This document shows, piece by piece, positions 1-9,835 of a stretch of DNA of 35,827 bases (position 1 is its first letter; each line of letters opens with the position of its first letter). The stretch is taken from positions 1 to 35,827 of the forward strand of contig JAJSAI010000026.1 in assembly GCA_024274695.1 (NCBI GenBank), in the 5' to 3' direction. This DNA is from an archaeon. GTDB taxonomy: Archaea > B1Sed10-29 > JAJSAI01. The translations under genes and the position numbers were made by a program. The notes beneath the pieces were generated by a model that saw nothing but the letters and a program-made list of their open reading frames with translations, was not told where the DNA came from and did no database searches.

Positions 1-2
1 AG

Positions 3-374
3 TCTGTTGTCGTCCTTTCCGGCCTTTTAGGTGTTGGCACTAGCGTGATCGCGGCAACGGCAGTCGCCCTCGGGACATCCCTTCCTGAACTTGTTGTTTC
101 GGTTATGGCCGCTGCTAAGGGCAAGAGTGACCTTGCCATAGGCAACATACTCGGGTCTAACATATTCAATGCGCTTGTTGTCATGGGAGGGGCCGGCGTA
201 ATTTCAGGAATTCCATTCAGCACGGAAATGATCTACTTTGGTCTTCCCATGATGCTCGTGGCCACGTTCATGTACTTCATAGTCACGAGGGACAAAGAAC
301 TCACATTCTGGGAGGGCGGGATGCTCACGTTATTCTACGTGCTCTTTGTCGGGAAAATCCTGGGTGTCTTCTGA
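3..374 (+). CDS. Na+/Ca2+ (CaCA) antiporter family protein, C-terminal part (5' truncated by window)
   Basis: Alpha-repeat motifs ALGTSLPELVVSV and AIGNILGSNIFN; frame is open back to the window start. Confidence 0.9.
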   Translation, partial: SVVVLSGLLGVGTSVIAATAVALGTSLPELVVSVMAAAKGKSDLAIGNILGSNIFNALVVMGGAGVISGIPFSTEMIYFGLPMMLVATFMYFIVTRDKELTFWEGGMLTLFYVLFVGKILGVF

Positions 375-445
375 AGACCGCGGCGATCCTGCGGCAGGAG
401 GTGCACCATAAAGTTTAATTACCGGGCCTGGATAATGTTGTGACG

Positions 446-2359
446 ATGGCGAAAGACTACCTTGATTTTAAAACAACAGAAGAGATCAAAGTCCCTGAAA
501 GGATAATAGACCAGGTTATAGGGCAGGAAAAAGGAGTGGAGGTAATAAAAAAAGCGGCGTCACACAAGAGGAATGTTCTGCTCATAGGCGATCCGGGCAC
601 AGGGAAGTCTCTGCTTGCCCAGGCGATGTCCGAACTTCTCCCGGTGGAAGAACTTGAGGATATTCTCGTGTACCCCAACCCCTCTGACCCGAACAATCCT
701 AGAATAAGGGTCGTGAAAGCAGGAGAAGGGAGAAAGATCGTCAGCGAAGAAAAGAGGAAGAGAATGCAGGCAGTCCCCCTCCCGGGGCAGGTAATGGGGG
801 GAGTAATGCTGATGAGCCTCCTGTACTCTGTTTTTGTGATAGTGGCAATATACTTCAAGCTATTTTCTGATGTTATAACCGCCGCTCTGATAATCGTGGG
901 TGCTCTTTTTGTGCTCGTGATGATGTTCGCGTCTACCCTGGTGCAGGGAATGAGCATGATGAGGGTGCCGTCTAACGAGTCAAACATGGTTCCGAAACTT
1001 CTCGTTGACAACTACGGGAAGACCAAGGCCCCGTTCATTGACGCTACCGGAGCGCGGGCAGGAGCCCTCCTTGGTGACGTGAGGCACGACCCGTACCAGT
1101 CAGGAGGACTGGGCACTCCCCCGCACCTGAGAGTAGAACCTGGGTTCATACACCGGGCTCACAAGGGCGTGCTCTTTATAGACGAGGTTGCTACCCTGAG
1201 CCCGAAATCCCAGCAGGAGCTCCTGACAGCAATGCAGGAGAAAAAGTACCCCATAACAGGCCAGTCAGAGCTTTCTAGCGGGGCCATGGTCAGGACAGAG
1301 CCCGTGCCCTGCGATTTTGTGCTCGTGGCCTCTGGGAACGTCTTTGACCTTCAAAAAATGCACCCTGCCCTTAGGTCCCGGATAAGAGGGTATGGCTACG
1401 AGGTGTACCTGAACTCAGACATGCCCGACACTCCAGAGAACCGGAGGAAAATAGCGAGGTTCGTGGCCCAGGAGGTCGTGAAGGACGGCGGAATACCTCA
1501 CTTCACCAGGGAGGCTGTAGAGGAAATAATCTTCGAGGCAAGAAGGAGGGCAGGCAGGAAGAACAAGCTAACCCTCCACCTGCGCGACCTCGGAGGACTG
1601 GTCAGGGCCGCGGGAGACATAGCCAAGGCCAAGGGTGCCAAGTATGTTGAAAGAGAGCACGTTCTTGAGGCCAAGAAAATCGCGAAGACCCTCGAGCAAC
1701 AGATTGCCGAGGAGCAGATCAGCATAAAGAAAGAGTACGAGATCTTCTCGGTGTCCGGAACCGCCGTAGGCAAGGTTAACGGGCTCGCGGTCATGGGTGC
1801 TCCAGGGCTTGTTGAAGGGGGTATCATCCTGCCAATAGAGGCGAGAGTGGGCCCCGCGCTATCCGCAAGTACAGGCAGGGTGATAGCCACGGGAAAGCTT
1901 GGTGAGATAGCCAAGGAAGCGGTGCAGAACGTGTCCGCGATAATAAAAGGTTACAAGGGCAAGGACGTGAAAACGTACGATATACACATCCAGTTCCTGC
2001 AAACGTACGAGGGCGTGGAAGGGGACTCCGCGTCCGTTTCTGTGGCCGCAGCGGTAATATCTGCCTTGGAGAAGATCCCAGTCAGGCAGGATGTCGCGGT
2101 CACGGGCTCTCTCTCGGTTAACGGTGAGGTGCTCCCGGTCGGGGGAGTGAGCGCCAAGATAGAGGCAGCGATTGACGCTGGAATAAAGACGGTGATAATC
2201 CCTGAAGCGAACAAGGACGACGTGCTCCTGTCCAAGGAGAAGCGGCGGAAGGTGAAGATCGTTACCGTGAAGAGACTGGACGAGGCCCTTGATCACATCC
2301 TTGCTGACAGCCCTAAGAAGAAGAGGCTGGTCAGGAAAATAAGAGCGCTTCTAGAATGA
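446..2359 (+). CDS. lonB: Archaeal membrane-anchored ATP-dependent Lon protease (LonB)
   Basis: Walker A GDPGTGKS, two TM helices inserted in the AAA+ domain, Walker B VLFIDE, catalytic GVEGDSASV plus Lys in SAKIEAA; alternative GTG start at 440. Confidence 0.96.
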   Translation: MAKDYLDFKTTEEIKVPERIIDQVIGQEKGVEVIKKAASHKRNVLLIGDPGTGKSLLAQAMSELLPVEELEDILVYPNPSDPNNPRIRVVKAGEGRKIVSEEKRKRMQAVPLPGQVMGGVMLMSLLYSVFVIVAIYFKLFSDVITAALIIVGALFVLVMMFASTLVQGMSMMRVPSNESNMVPKLLVDNYGKTKAPFIDATGARAGALLGDVRHDPYQSGGLGTPPHLRVEPGFIHRAHKGVLFIDEVATLSPKSQQELLTAMQEKKYPITGQSELSSGAMVRTEPVPCDFVLVASGNVFDLQKMHPALRSRIRGYGYEVYLNSDMPDTPENRRKIARFVAQEVVKDGGIPHFTREAVEEIIFEARRRAGRKNKLTLHLRDLGGLVRAAGDIAKAKGAKYVEREHVLEAKKIAKTLEQQIAEEQISIKKEYEIFSVSGTAVGKVNGLAVMGAPGLVEGGIILPIEARVGPALSASTGRVIATGKLGEIAKEAVQNVSAIIKGYKGKDVKTYDIHIQFLQTYEGVEGDSASVSVAAAVISALEKIPVRQDVAVTGSLSVNGEVLPVGGVSAKIEAAIDAGIKTVIIPEANKDDVLLSKEKRRKVKIVTVKRLDEALDHILADSPKKKRLVRKIRALLE

Positions 2360-2378
2360 AGAAAACGTTCGGGCGGTT

Positions 2379-3584
2379 TCAGTCTTTTATTGAAACGTAG
2401 TCCTCTGTCGCCAGAACAACCCTTAGGAAGGGCACTTTCACTGTTCTGTTCCTCGTCCTTATCTTGAAGTACCCCTCTTTACGCTTCACCTCGCTTATCC
2501 TCCCGATCCTGTTGCCCTTGACGTCGTACGCGTCTTTCCCAGGCTCTACGTACGGGATTATGTACTTTTCCAGGTAGGCCTTGCGCACTCCCGCGATCCC
2601 TATTATCGTTCCCAGGAACGCGACGGCTATGGCTACTATGAACTCGTCAAACCCGGTGTATCCTAGGACGAGGGACGCGGACTTGCCGAGCACGAAGAGT
2701 ATTGAGGTTATGCTTATGAGGTATATCAGGTAGTTCTTGGTTTTTCTCATTTCCTTTAAATACAGCATGTCTCCGAACCTTCCCAGCGTGAACAGCACTG
2801 CAGCCACCCAGAAGAAGGAGACGCTTCCCTGTACGAACTGGGAGACCTGGGAAACTATCCCTCCCGGAGAAATATTCTCCGCCCCGGCGATTATGCCCAG
2901 CACGAATATCAGCGCGGAGCCTATGTATAACGGAGAGGACGCTCTTTCTATCTGCGTGGTCTCCTTGAACTCCCTCACCGAGCGGATGAGAGGTTCTTCC
3001 AGGCCGAATCCCTTGAGCAGCAGGTAAACTCCTATACCGAACACTGTTATCTGTACTCCCAGGTCCTGCAGGAGCGCGATGAGCAGCAGGATGACTCCAG
3101 GAAGGCCGAATATCAGCCTGGCGAAGGCAGGATCGTGCAGTGCCTGTTTTATCACGTAGTACTGTTTTTCAAGCTGTGCAGCCTGTTTCACGATCACGGT
3201 CTTCTTGCCAACGATCTTTGTAAGGGACTGTATCACTGGGATTATCTGATCATCGTCAGCCCCGTCTGTCACGAGCAGGATACCCCCAACCTGGGGAAAC
3301 TTTTCTAAAAGCTTCTGGACCTGCTTCATTATCTCCTTGTCAGCCTTGTATCCCCTGCTAGGGTGGCCTGTTACCAGGGCCACCTCTACCGCTTCCCTTG
3401 TTTCCTTTTTTGTCTTGACAGCTTCAAAGATAGCGTTCCCGTCAGAGTCCTCAGGATCCTTCAACAGAAGTTTCTCAGCAGCTGCCACGCACGCCTTTTC
3501 TCCGATTATAGGGCCCTTTAGACCTGTCTTCTTGCCTACGTCGTCATCCCTGTCAACACACACTACCAGGATCTTCATGGTCAT
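2379..3584 (-). CDS. DUF373 family membrane protein with C-terminal PRC-barrel-like extension
   Basis: N-terminal LVVCVDRDDDVG..TG..GPIIG, DPEDSDGNAIF and VTDGADD motifs, several TM helices, beta-rich C-terminal tail. Confidence 0.85.
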   Translation of the reverse strand: MTMKILVVCVDRDDDVGKKTGLKGPIIGEKACVAAAEKLLLKDPEDSDGNAIFEAVKTKKETREAVEVALVTGHPSRGYKADKEIMKQVQKLLEKFPQVGGILLVTDGADDDQIIPVIQSLTKIVGKKTVIVKQAAQLEKQYYVIKQALHDPAFARLIFGLPGVILLLIALLQDLGVQITVFGIGVYLLLKGFGLEEPLIRSVREFKETTQIERASSPLYIGSALIFVLGIIAGAENISPGGIVSQVSQFVQGSVSFFWVAAVLFTLGRFGDMLYLKEMRKTKNYLIYLISITSILFVLGKSASLVLGYTGFDEFIVAIAVAFLGTIIGIAGVRKAYLEKYIIPYVEPGKDAYDVKGNRIGRISEVKRKEGYFKIRTRNRTVKVPFLRVVLATEDYVSIKD

Positions 3585-3665
3585 CCTACAAAAGGACGGC
3601 CGCCTATTTAAATTATTTGCTGGGACCGAAATCCTTTAATACACTCTTCCCGCTTTATCTTACTC

Positions 3666-4634
3666 ATGGACGAAGAACAAAAGCAAGTGGCCTTGTTCCT
3701 GGTCATGATAGTGTCAGTCGCGCTGATCATTCTCTCCCTTGTTTTCCTCGCCCCGCTCCAACAGCTCGCGGTGATCGCGGCAGTGGTCGTGATACTCGCG
3801 CTGGTATACTGGGCAGCACCGACTTTCGTTGTCCAGCTGAAGGAGTACGAGAGGGGAGTCGTGTTCAGGATGGGAAAGTACGAGCGGCTCATAGGCCCAG
3901 GGTGGCATTTCCTGATACCCTTCATAGAAACGTGCACCACTGTTGACCTCAGGATACAGACGATAGACATAAAGCCTCAGGATGTGGTCACGAAAGACAA
4001 CATAGAACTGAAGATAGACGCAATAATATACATGAAGGTGGTGGACCCCAAAAAAGCAATACTGAACGTCAAGGACTACAAGGACACTGCCGTTTCCTAC
4101 ATACAAGCCCACCTCAGGGACGTCATAGGCAAAATGACCCTCTCCGAAGTTCTCTCTAATATTGACGAGATAAACAAGCGGCTTTCCAAAGGGATAAAAG
4201 AAGCGGACGAGGAGTGGGGAATCCAGGTGCAGCAGGTGGAGATACAGTCCGTAAAACTTCCTGACGTGGTCATAAAAGCCATGCACGAGAAAAAGGCCGC
4301 AGAACAGCAGAAGCTCGCCACAAAGGAGAGGGCCGAGGCGAGCAAGATGGAGATAGAGGCCATCCGCGACGCTGCAGCAGGCCTCTCAGACCCTGCCCTG
4401 CAGTACATGTACCTGCAGGCCCTCCAGAAGATAGCAGAGGGAAGGTCTAACAAGATAATCTTCCCGTTAGAGCTGAGCAAGCTGGCTGAGATGTTCTCCC
4501 ACAGGCTTGGAGTAGACTACTCCAAGGCACAGGAGAAAATCAGGGACAGGTACGAAGAGCTCGTGGCAAAAGGAAAGAAGAAAAAGGACGCGATAGAAGA
4601 ACTGAAGAGAGAGCTCGGCATAAAAGAAGAGTGA
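3666..4634 (+). CDS. SPFH/Band 7 (stomatin-like) membrane protein
   Basis: N-terminal TM, YERGVVFRMGK, GPGWHFLIPFIE, VDLRIQTIDIKPQDVVTKDN, WGIQVQQVEIQ, C-terminal coiled coil. Confidence 0.93.
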   Translation: MDEEQKQVALFLVMIVSVALIILSLVFLAPLQQLAVIAAVVVILALVYWAAPTFVVQLKEYERGVVFRMGKYERLIGPGWHFLIPFIETCTTVDLRIQTIDIKPQDVVTKDNIELKIDAIIYMKVVDPKKAILNVKDYKDTAVSYIQAHLRDVIGKMTLSEVLSNIDEINKRLSKGIKEADEEWGIQVQQVEIQSVKLPDVVIKAMHEKKAAEQQKLATKERAEASKMEIEAIRDAAAGLSDPALQYMYLQALQKIAEGRSNKIIFPLELSKLAEMFSHRLGVDYSKAQEKIRDRYEELVAKGKKKKDAIEELKRELGIKEE

Positions 4635-4654
4635 AACCTCTCCTCACTGTTTTT

Positions 4655-5482
4655 TCAGGCGATCGTCTCAACTATAGCCCCGAGGAATAACAGCGCAAAG
4701 CTCAGGCCAAGGTACGCGAGCGCGTCTATCACTATCTGCTTGTACTTTAGCACGCCCTTGACACTCTCCCTGACTATCGCGGCAGAGAGTATACCTCCTG
4801 CCACGGCTCCCAGGAAGTACGCTGTGAACTCCAGGATCCCGTGAGGGAGGATTGTTATCAGCAGGAAGGGGAGGGAGAGAAGATAGTTCCCTATCATGCT
4901 CCCTAGGCTCGGCAGCCCGAAAGCTCCGGGGTTCTCGGCTATCTTGCCCGCCAGTACCCCCAGAACGCTCGCGTTCCACGAGACCAGGAAAATAGCTCCC
5001 GCTCCCAGCATGAACGACGTGACGAAAGCGATGATGAGCACGTACGAGTTGTTCACAAAAATGCTCGTGAAAGACGCTCCTCTGACAGCAGAGGCTGAAA
5101 TTGCTCCCCTGTACTTCAGGTCCTTCAATTGCTCGTGGAACATCTTCTCTGCGACGGCGTCAGGTGTTAGGACGTACATCAGGCTAGACCCTATGACTAT
5201 CCCCAGAAAGAGCCAGGCGTACACCGTTACTATGTCAAGGTGTCTTGTGAAAAAATTCCCTGCTTTCTCCTTTTCTTCCTCCTCTTCTATCCTGAGCACG
5301 TGCACGAAGAAGGGCGCCGCGGCTATTGATATGAACGCAACGAAAAGAAACCCTGATCCCGGCCCCGGCTCTTGAATGTACAGTGTTATCATCCCTGAAA
5401 CCAGGCTGAAGATTATTCCCGCGATCATGCTCTTGTAAGGTTTTTTCAGCACGATCCCAGGGTTCAGGAGGGACTCTATCAT
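4655..5482 (-). CDS. Stage II sporulation protein M-like (DUF95) membrane protein
   Basis: IFVNN, WNASVLG, LPHGILEFTAYFLGAVAGG and GAIVE motifs; multi-TM. Confidence 0.85.
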   Translation of the reverse strand: MIESLLNPGIVLKKPYKSMIAGIIFSLVSGMITLYIQEPGPGSGFLFVAFISIAAAPFFVHVLRIEEEEEKEKAGNFFTRHLDIVTVYAWLFLGIVIGSSLMYVLTPDAVAEKMFHEQLKDLKYRGAISASAVRGASFTSIFVNNSYVLIIAFVTSFMLGAGAIFLVSWNASVLGVLAGKIAENPGAFGLPSLGSMIGNYLLSLPFLLITILPHGILEFTAYFLGAVAGGILSAAIVRESVKGVLKYKQIVIDALAYLGLSFALLFLGAIVETIA

Positions 5483-5553
5483 CAGAGTTTAAATACCTGC
5501 AACCAATATAAATCATTTCCACTGAATATCTGCCTGGAAAGGAGGCTTTTCCT

Positions 5554-6111
5554 GTGCTAGTGGTTCCCGGAGAGTATGTTGCGGAAGCGGAAGAGTACGT
5601 GCCAGGGTACGGGGTTTACGAGGACGATGCCCTGTACTCCAAGGTAGTCGGAGACCTGGTGCTGGACTCGCGAGAGCACGTGGCGAAAGTGCTGGCGAGA
5701 ACCAGGATCCCTAAAATGCAGTCCGCGGGCATTATAACAGTAGGGAGGGTGTCAAAAGTACAGGACCAGATGATCATGCTGGACCTTTCAGTGTTCAATT
5801 CAAAAAAGTTCTCGCTGGTCCCACCGGAAGTTCCCGGGATACTCCTCATCTCGTCAGTTTCCGACAAGTACGTGGAGGACCTGAGGGAGATGTTCAAGGT
5901 GGGGGACATAGTAAGGGTTAAAGTGGTCAAGGTAACTCCCTACTCTGTTATCGTGAGGACGGACGAGAGGAACCTCGGGGTCATAAAAGCGTACTGCTCA
6001 AAATGCAGGCGCCCTCTCCTTAGGAGGGGCAGGACCCTCATCTGCCCAGAGTGCGGCAACCGGGAAACCCGGAAGATGGCCATTGACTACGGCAAATGGA
6101 AACTATTGTAA
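5554..6111 (+). CDS. csl4: Exosome complex RNA-binding protein Csl4
   Basis: VVPGE..A..EEY.PG.GVY N-terminus, S1 domain (FKVGDIVRVKV), LGVIKAYCSKC...CPECGNRETRKMA zinc ribbon. Confidence 0.95.
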   Translation: MLVVPGEYVAEAEEYVPGYGVYEDDALYSKVVGDLVLDSREHVAKVLARTRIPKMQSAGIITVGRVSKVQDQMIMLDLSVFNSKKFSLVPPEVPGILLISSVSDKYVEDLREMFKVGDIVRVKVVKVTPYSVIVRTDERNLGVIKAYCSKCRRPLLRRGRTLICPECGNRETRKMAIDYGKWKLL

Positions 6112-6127
6112 AAAAGGGGTGTTTGGC

Positions 6128-6385
6128 TTGATCGAGTACAAGAAGATAAAAAAGTCTGATAACGAGCTAGAATTCCAGCTCAAGGGAGCTGACCACGGCC
6201 TGTGCGCGGTGATAGTTGAAGAGCTTCTGAAGGACAAGCAGGTTGAGGCCGCGTTCTACAGCAAAAAACATCCTCTAATCGGCGAGCCTGAATTCTACAT
6301 AAAGACAAAGTCAAAAGGCCCTGAAGAGGTCCTATCCCTTGCCCTGAGCAAGATCGAGAAAAGCCTCAAAGGCCTTAGCGTATGA
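6128..6385 (+). CDS. rpoL: DNA-directed RNA polymerase subunit L (Rpo11)
   Basis: ELEFQLKGADHGL...AAFYSKKHPLIGEPEFYIKT; conserved position after csl4; TTG start chosen after GGGGTG SD-like sequence. Confidence 0.88.
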   Translation: MIEYKKIKKSDNELEFQLKGADHGLCAVIVEELLKDKQVEAAFYSKKHPLIGEPEFYIKTKSKGPEEVLSLALSKIEKSLKGLSV

Positions 6386-6921
6386 AACAAAACGCAAGGT
6401 TCCTGGGAGTAGACGACGGGGCGTTTTCTCCAGATGACAAGAGAGTGCTGGTCGTCGGGGCACTGCTCAAGGGTTCCTGCGAGCTAGAGGCTGTCCTGTC
6501 AACATGGGTGGAAAAGGACGGCTGTGATGCCACCGAAAAAATAGCGGGAATGGTTCTCAAGAGCAGGAAAAAGGATCAGATAAAGGCAGTGTTCCTGCAG
6601 GGCAGTACCCTTGCTGGGTTCAATCTCGTGGACCCTGTGTTGCTGCACAAGAGAACCGGGATCCCTATCGTGTGCGTTTACAGGAAAAAACCTGATTGGG
6701 AGAAAGTAGGGATCGCTCTTGAAAAGCTCGGTAAAACCATAGAACCTCCTGAGCTGCACGAGTACAGCGGAGGATGGTTCCAGGTGGCAGGAATAAACGC
6801 GGACAGCGCAAGGCAGCTCATAGAATCCTTGCTCGTCAGGAGCAAGATCCCAGAGCCCGTCAGGTACGCGCACGTTATAGCGTCCGGGGTAACAACCGGA
6901 GAAAGCACGCGCAAGGTGTGA
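6382..6921 (+). CDS. DUF99 family protein (endonuclease V-like / endonuclease dU)
   Basis: RFLGVDDGAF, DGCDATEKI, GSTLAGFNLVD, SKIPEPVRYAHVIASGV; conserved position after rpoL. Confidence 0.9.
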   Translation: MKQNARFLGVDDGAFSPDDKRVLVVGALLKGSCELEAVLSTWVEKDGCDATEKIAGMVLKSRKKDQIKAVFLQGSTLAGFNLVDPVLLHKRTGIPIVCVYRKKPDWEKVGIALEKLGKTIEPPELHEYSGGWFQVAGINADSARQLIESLLVRSKIPEPVRYAHVIASGVTTGESTRKV

Positions 6922-6924
6922 AAA

Positions 6925-7626
6925 ATGGATCCTGAGAAAATAAAAGAAAAGATCATGTCCGCCGCGCGCTTCTGGGAGGGCAAGAGCCTCCAGAGGGAAG
7001 TGTGGGACTGGATACTGTCCTTCGCGGCGGCCGCGATAGTATACTTTGTTATCCTGCCCTTCTTTCTCGGCACCAGCGCCCCTGCCGTCGTGGTGAGCAG
7101 CTGTTCAGAGAAGGGATACCTTAACATAGGAGACATAATAATCAACCAGGGCGTGAGCATAAACGACGTGAACGCGCCTGAGGTCATGATAAACTCGTTC
7201 TACGGAGTGACTCCTGTCTTCAAGGACGGGAGGGTTGTTGCGATAAACTTTTCAGGGACAGTGGTCTACCGAAACACCTCGTCAGACATTGTCACCTACC
7301 TCGCGGTCCCCTCAGGGGCTCAGATAATACACAGGGCTTTCGTGAAGGTGAACTACAGCGGGGAAACCCTCCTGATAACCCAAGGAGACGCTAACCCCTA
7401 CCCCGACCAAATGTGGGTAAAGGACGGTAGAGGAGGATGGTGCATTGACGATAATAATGGTCTGTGCATAAGTACCATGGTGACTCAGGACCGACTTCTC
7501 GGAAGAAAGATAGGTCCCCCCATACCCCTCGCGGGCCACGTTAAACTATTCTTCTGTGACATCATGCCGTTCTGCGACGGGCACGCCAACCTCGGCACGG
7601 GGTACAAGTACAAGCTCTGGTGCTAG
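6925..7626 (+). CDS. Signal peptidase I-like protein (S26B/Sec11 type), divergent
   Basis: N-terminal TM, VVVSSCSE..L.IGD, IIHR, ITQGDAN..PD, IPLAGHVKL. Confidence 0.8.
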   Translation: MDPEKIKEKIMSAARFWEGKSLQREVWDWILSFAAAAIVYFVILPFFLGTSAPAVVVSSCSEKGYLNIGDIIINQGVSINDVNAPEVMINSFYGVTPVFKDGRVVAINFSGTVVYRNTSSDIVTYLAVPSGAQIIHRAFVKVNYSGETLLITQGDANPYPDQMWVKDGRGGWCIDDNNGLCISTMVTQDRLLGRKIGPPIPLAGHVKLFFCDIMPFCDGHANLGTGYKYKLWC

Positions 7627-7691
7627 CCGTGTCTCAGGCTCGAAAGTATTAAAAACAAGGGGATTCTGAACTTGAATAAGGTGAGAATAGC

Positions 7692-8438
7692 ATGTTCAGC
7701 CTGACCTTCGATGATGCCAAGTTCTTCAAGGAATGCATTGACGCGCTCGTTTCCCTGATTGACGAGGGAGAATTTGAAGTGTCCTCAGAGGGAATGACCC
7801 TCAGGGCAATGGACACCGCGCAGATCGCCATGGTGGACTTCGCAATGCCCAAGGAGAGCTTCAAAGAAGTCAAGGTTGAAAAAGACCAGAAGATTGGGTT
7901 GAACATGGAAAACCTTAGCAGGATCATGTCCCGGACAAGACAGGGAGAATCTCTGACAATGTCCCTGGACGAGTCAGGGAACAGGCTCGTGCTCCTGTTC
8001 AAGGGGAAAGTCCGGAGGAAAGTGAGCATCCCTCTGCTTGACCTGAACCTTGTTGAGACGAGAGAGCCCAAGATAGACTTTGATGCTGTGGTCAAGCTTG
8101 ACAGCAGCGCTCTCAAGGAAAGCTTGAAGGACGCATCCCTCGTCTCCTCTTACGTCACAATGTCCGCGGAAGACGGTGCCTTCAGGATAGAAGCGAAAGG
8201 GGACAACGGAGAGATCACGAACGAGATGACCGTTGAGGACGGCAGCCTGATAAGCCTGGAATCCAAGGAGGCCAGCAGGGCAATGTTCCCCTTGGACTAC
8301 CTGAACGATATACTCAAGGGCGCTCCCTCTGACGCGGTGGTCACCCTAGAGCTCAAGACCGACGCTCCCCTGAGACTCTCGTACAACATAAAGGACGCAA
8401 GGTTCACGTACTACCTCGCGCCCAGAATAGAAGGGTGA
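7692..8438 (+). CDS. pcna: Proliferating cell nuclear antigen (DNA sliding clamp)
   Basis: LIDEGEF, LRAMDTAQIAMVDF, C-terminal YYLAPRIE; 248 aa. Confidence 0.97.
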   Translation: MFSLTFDDAKFFKECIDALVSLIDEGEFEVSSEGMTLRAMDTAQIAMVDFAMPKESFKEVKVEKDQKIGLNMENLSRIMSRTRQGESLTMSLDESGNRLVLLFKGKVRRKVSIPLLDLNLVETREPKIDFDAVVKLDSSALKESLKDASLVSSYVTMSAEDGAFRIEAKGDNGEITNEMTVEDGSLISLESKEASRAMFPLDYLNDILKGAPSDAVVTLELKTDAPLRLSYNIKDARFTYYLAPRIEG

Positions 8439-8474
8439 CCGGAGAAGAAGGCCTAAAAATCAGTTGCCGTGCTC

Positions 8475-9710
8475 TCAATCCCTCTTTTTAGACGCTTTTT
8501 TCAGCCCGCTTATCCGCACCTTCTTTATGTGTCTTTTGTCAGCATCTTTTACCAGGAATGTCAGCCCATTCTCAGAATACTTCTCGCCCTTTTTCGGTAT
8601 CGTACCGAACTTTTCTAGCAGGAACCCTCCGAGCGTCTCGTACTCCTCGCTCTTGAGGTCCAAGCCCAGTTTCTCGTTAACCTCCTCCAGGTTCGCGTCC
8701 CCCCTTACTATCGCAGTGTTTTTACCGGTCCTGCGGATGCTGGACTCCACTTTCTCCGTCTCGTCATAAATTTCTCCGAAGACCTCCTCCAGAACGTCTT
8801 CCAGCGTGACAATTCCCCGGTAGTTCCCGTACTCGTCAAGCACTATAGCCATGTGCATTCTCTTGTCCTGGAACTCCCTCAGGAGCCTGTCAAGGGTTAT
8901 GCCCTCTGGAACGAACAGCGGAGGGTCGGCGATTTCCCCAGCGCGAGCCTTTCTGTTCGCCCTCATCGCCTTTTTCAAGTGGGCTATCCCAATAACGTTT
9001 TCAGGAATTTCCCTGTAAACAGGGATCCTGGTGAATCCTGTGTCCGAGAACAGTTTTAACAGGTCTTTTAAGGATGTTTTTGCCTCGGTCATGACCACCT
9101 GGTTCTTGGGTATCATGATGTCTTCTGCCGTGATATCATCAAGTCTGAAGATGCTGTGTATCATCTGCTTCTCATGCTTTTCTATTGCTCCCTCCTCTGC
9201 TCCTATGCTGATCATCATCTCAAGCTCGTCTTCGGTCAGCTCCGCGTCCTCCCCTCGTATCATCTTTCCGACCATCCTCTCAAAAACTACTATGAAAGGG
9301 TAGAACACGTACATTGTGACAAGGACAGGTACCGCGGTCCTGAGCGCGAACTTTTCCGACCTGCTGAGCGCGATTGACTTAGGGGTCACTTCCCCGAACG
9401 TCAGGATAAGGAACGTCATTACACCAGTGGCTATGCCCACTCCAAGAGAACCGAAGGCAGAGATTGCGGCACCCGCGGCCATGGACGAAGCGCCTATGTT
9501 CACAAGATTGTTGCCAAAGAGGATGGTTATGATCGTCCTACGCGGGTTCTGCTTCAGTTTCCTTAGGGCCCTGGCTCCAGGCTCGTCGTTCTTGACCAGC
9601 ACCTCTACCCTCGCGTTGCTAAGCTTGGTTATGGCCGTTTCGGCCCCCGAGTACATTGCTGACAATCCTATTAAAACGAGTAACGCCGAGAGAAGTATCA
9701 CGATCTCCAT
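8475..9710 (-). CDS. CNNM/CorB-HlyC family transporter (DUF21 + tandem CBS + CorC domain)
   Basis: SAMYSGAETA, TILFGNNLVN, FGEVTPKSIA, GFTRIPVY, MAIVLDEYG..GIVTLEDVLEEVFGEIYDE, YETLGG; start moved to ATG 9710. Confidence 0.93.
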   Translation of the reverse strand: MEIVILLSALLVLIGLSAMYSGAETAITKLSNARVEVLVKNDEPGARALRKLKQNPRRTIITILFGNNLVNIGASSMAAGAAISAFGSLGVGIATGVMTFLILTFGEVTPKSIALSRSEKFALRTAVPVLVTMYVFYPFIVVFERMVGKMIRGEDAELTEDELEMMISIGAEEGAIEKHEKQMIHSIFRLDDITAEDIMIPKNQVVMTEAKTSLKDLLKLFSDTGFTRIPVYREIPENVIGIAHLKKAMRANRKARAGEIADPPLFVPEGITLDRLLREFQDKRMHMAIVLDEYGNYRGIVTLEDVLEEVFGEIYDETEKVESSIRRTGKNTAIVRGDANLEEVNEKLGLDLKSEEYETLGGFLLEKFGTIPKKGEKYSENGLTFLVKDADKRHIKKVRISGLKKASKKRD

Positions 9711-9835
9711 ACCACTTCCCTTTTGATGATAATACACAACACCCTCTTTTAAATGGTTTCTGGAGGTATTCCTGTTCTCCCGCACGCCTCGCTCGTGGGG
9801 AAACTTTTAAGGCACTGGGTTGCCTAAACAAGGTC

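Noticed and set aside
375-405. GC-rich imperfect hairpin resembling the tRNA intron ends
   Set aside because: Too short and imperfect to distinguish from chance
440-2359. Intein in LonB
   Set aside because: Length (about 637 aa) and continuous motifs leave no room for an insertion
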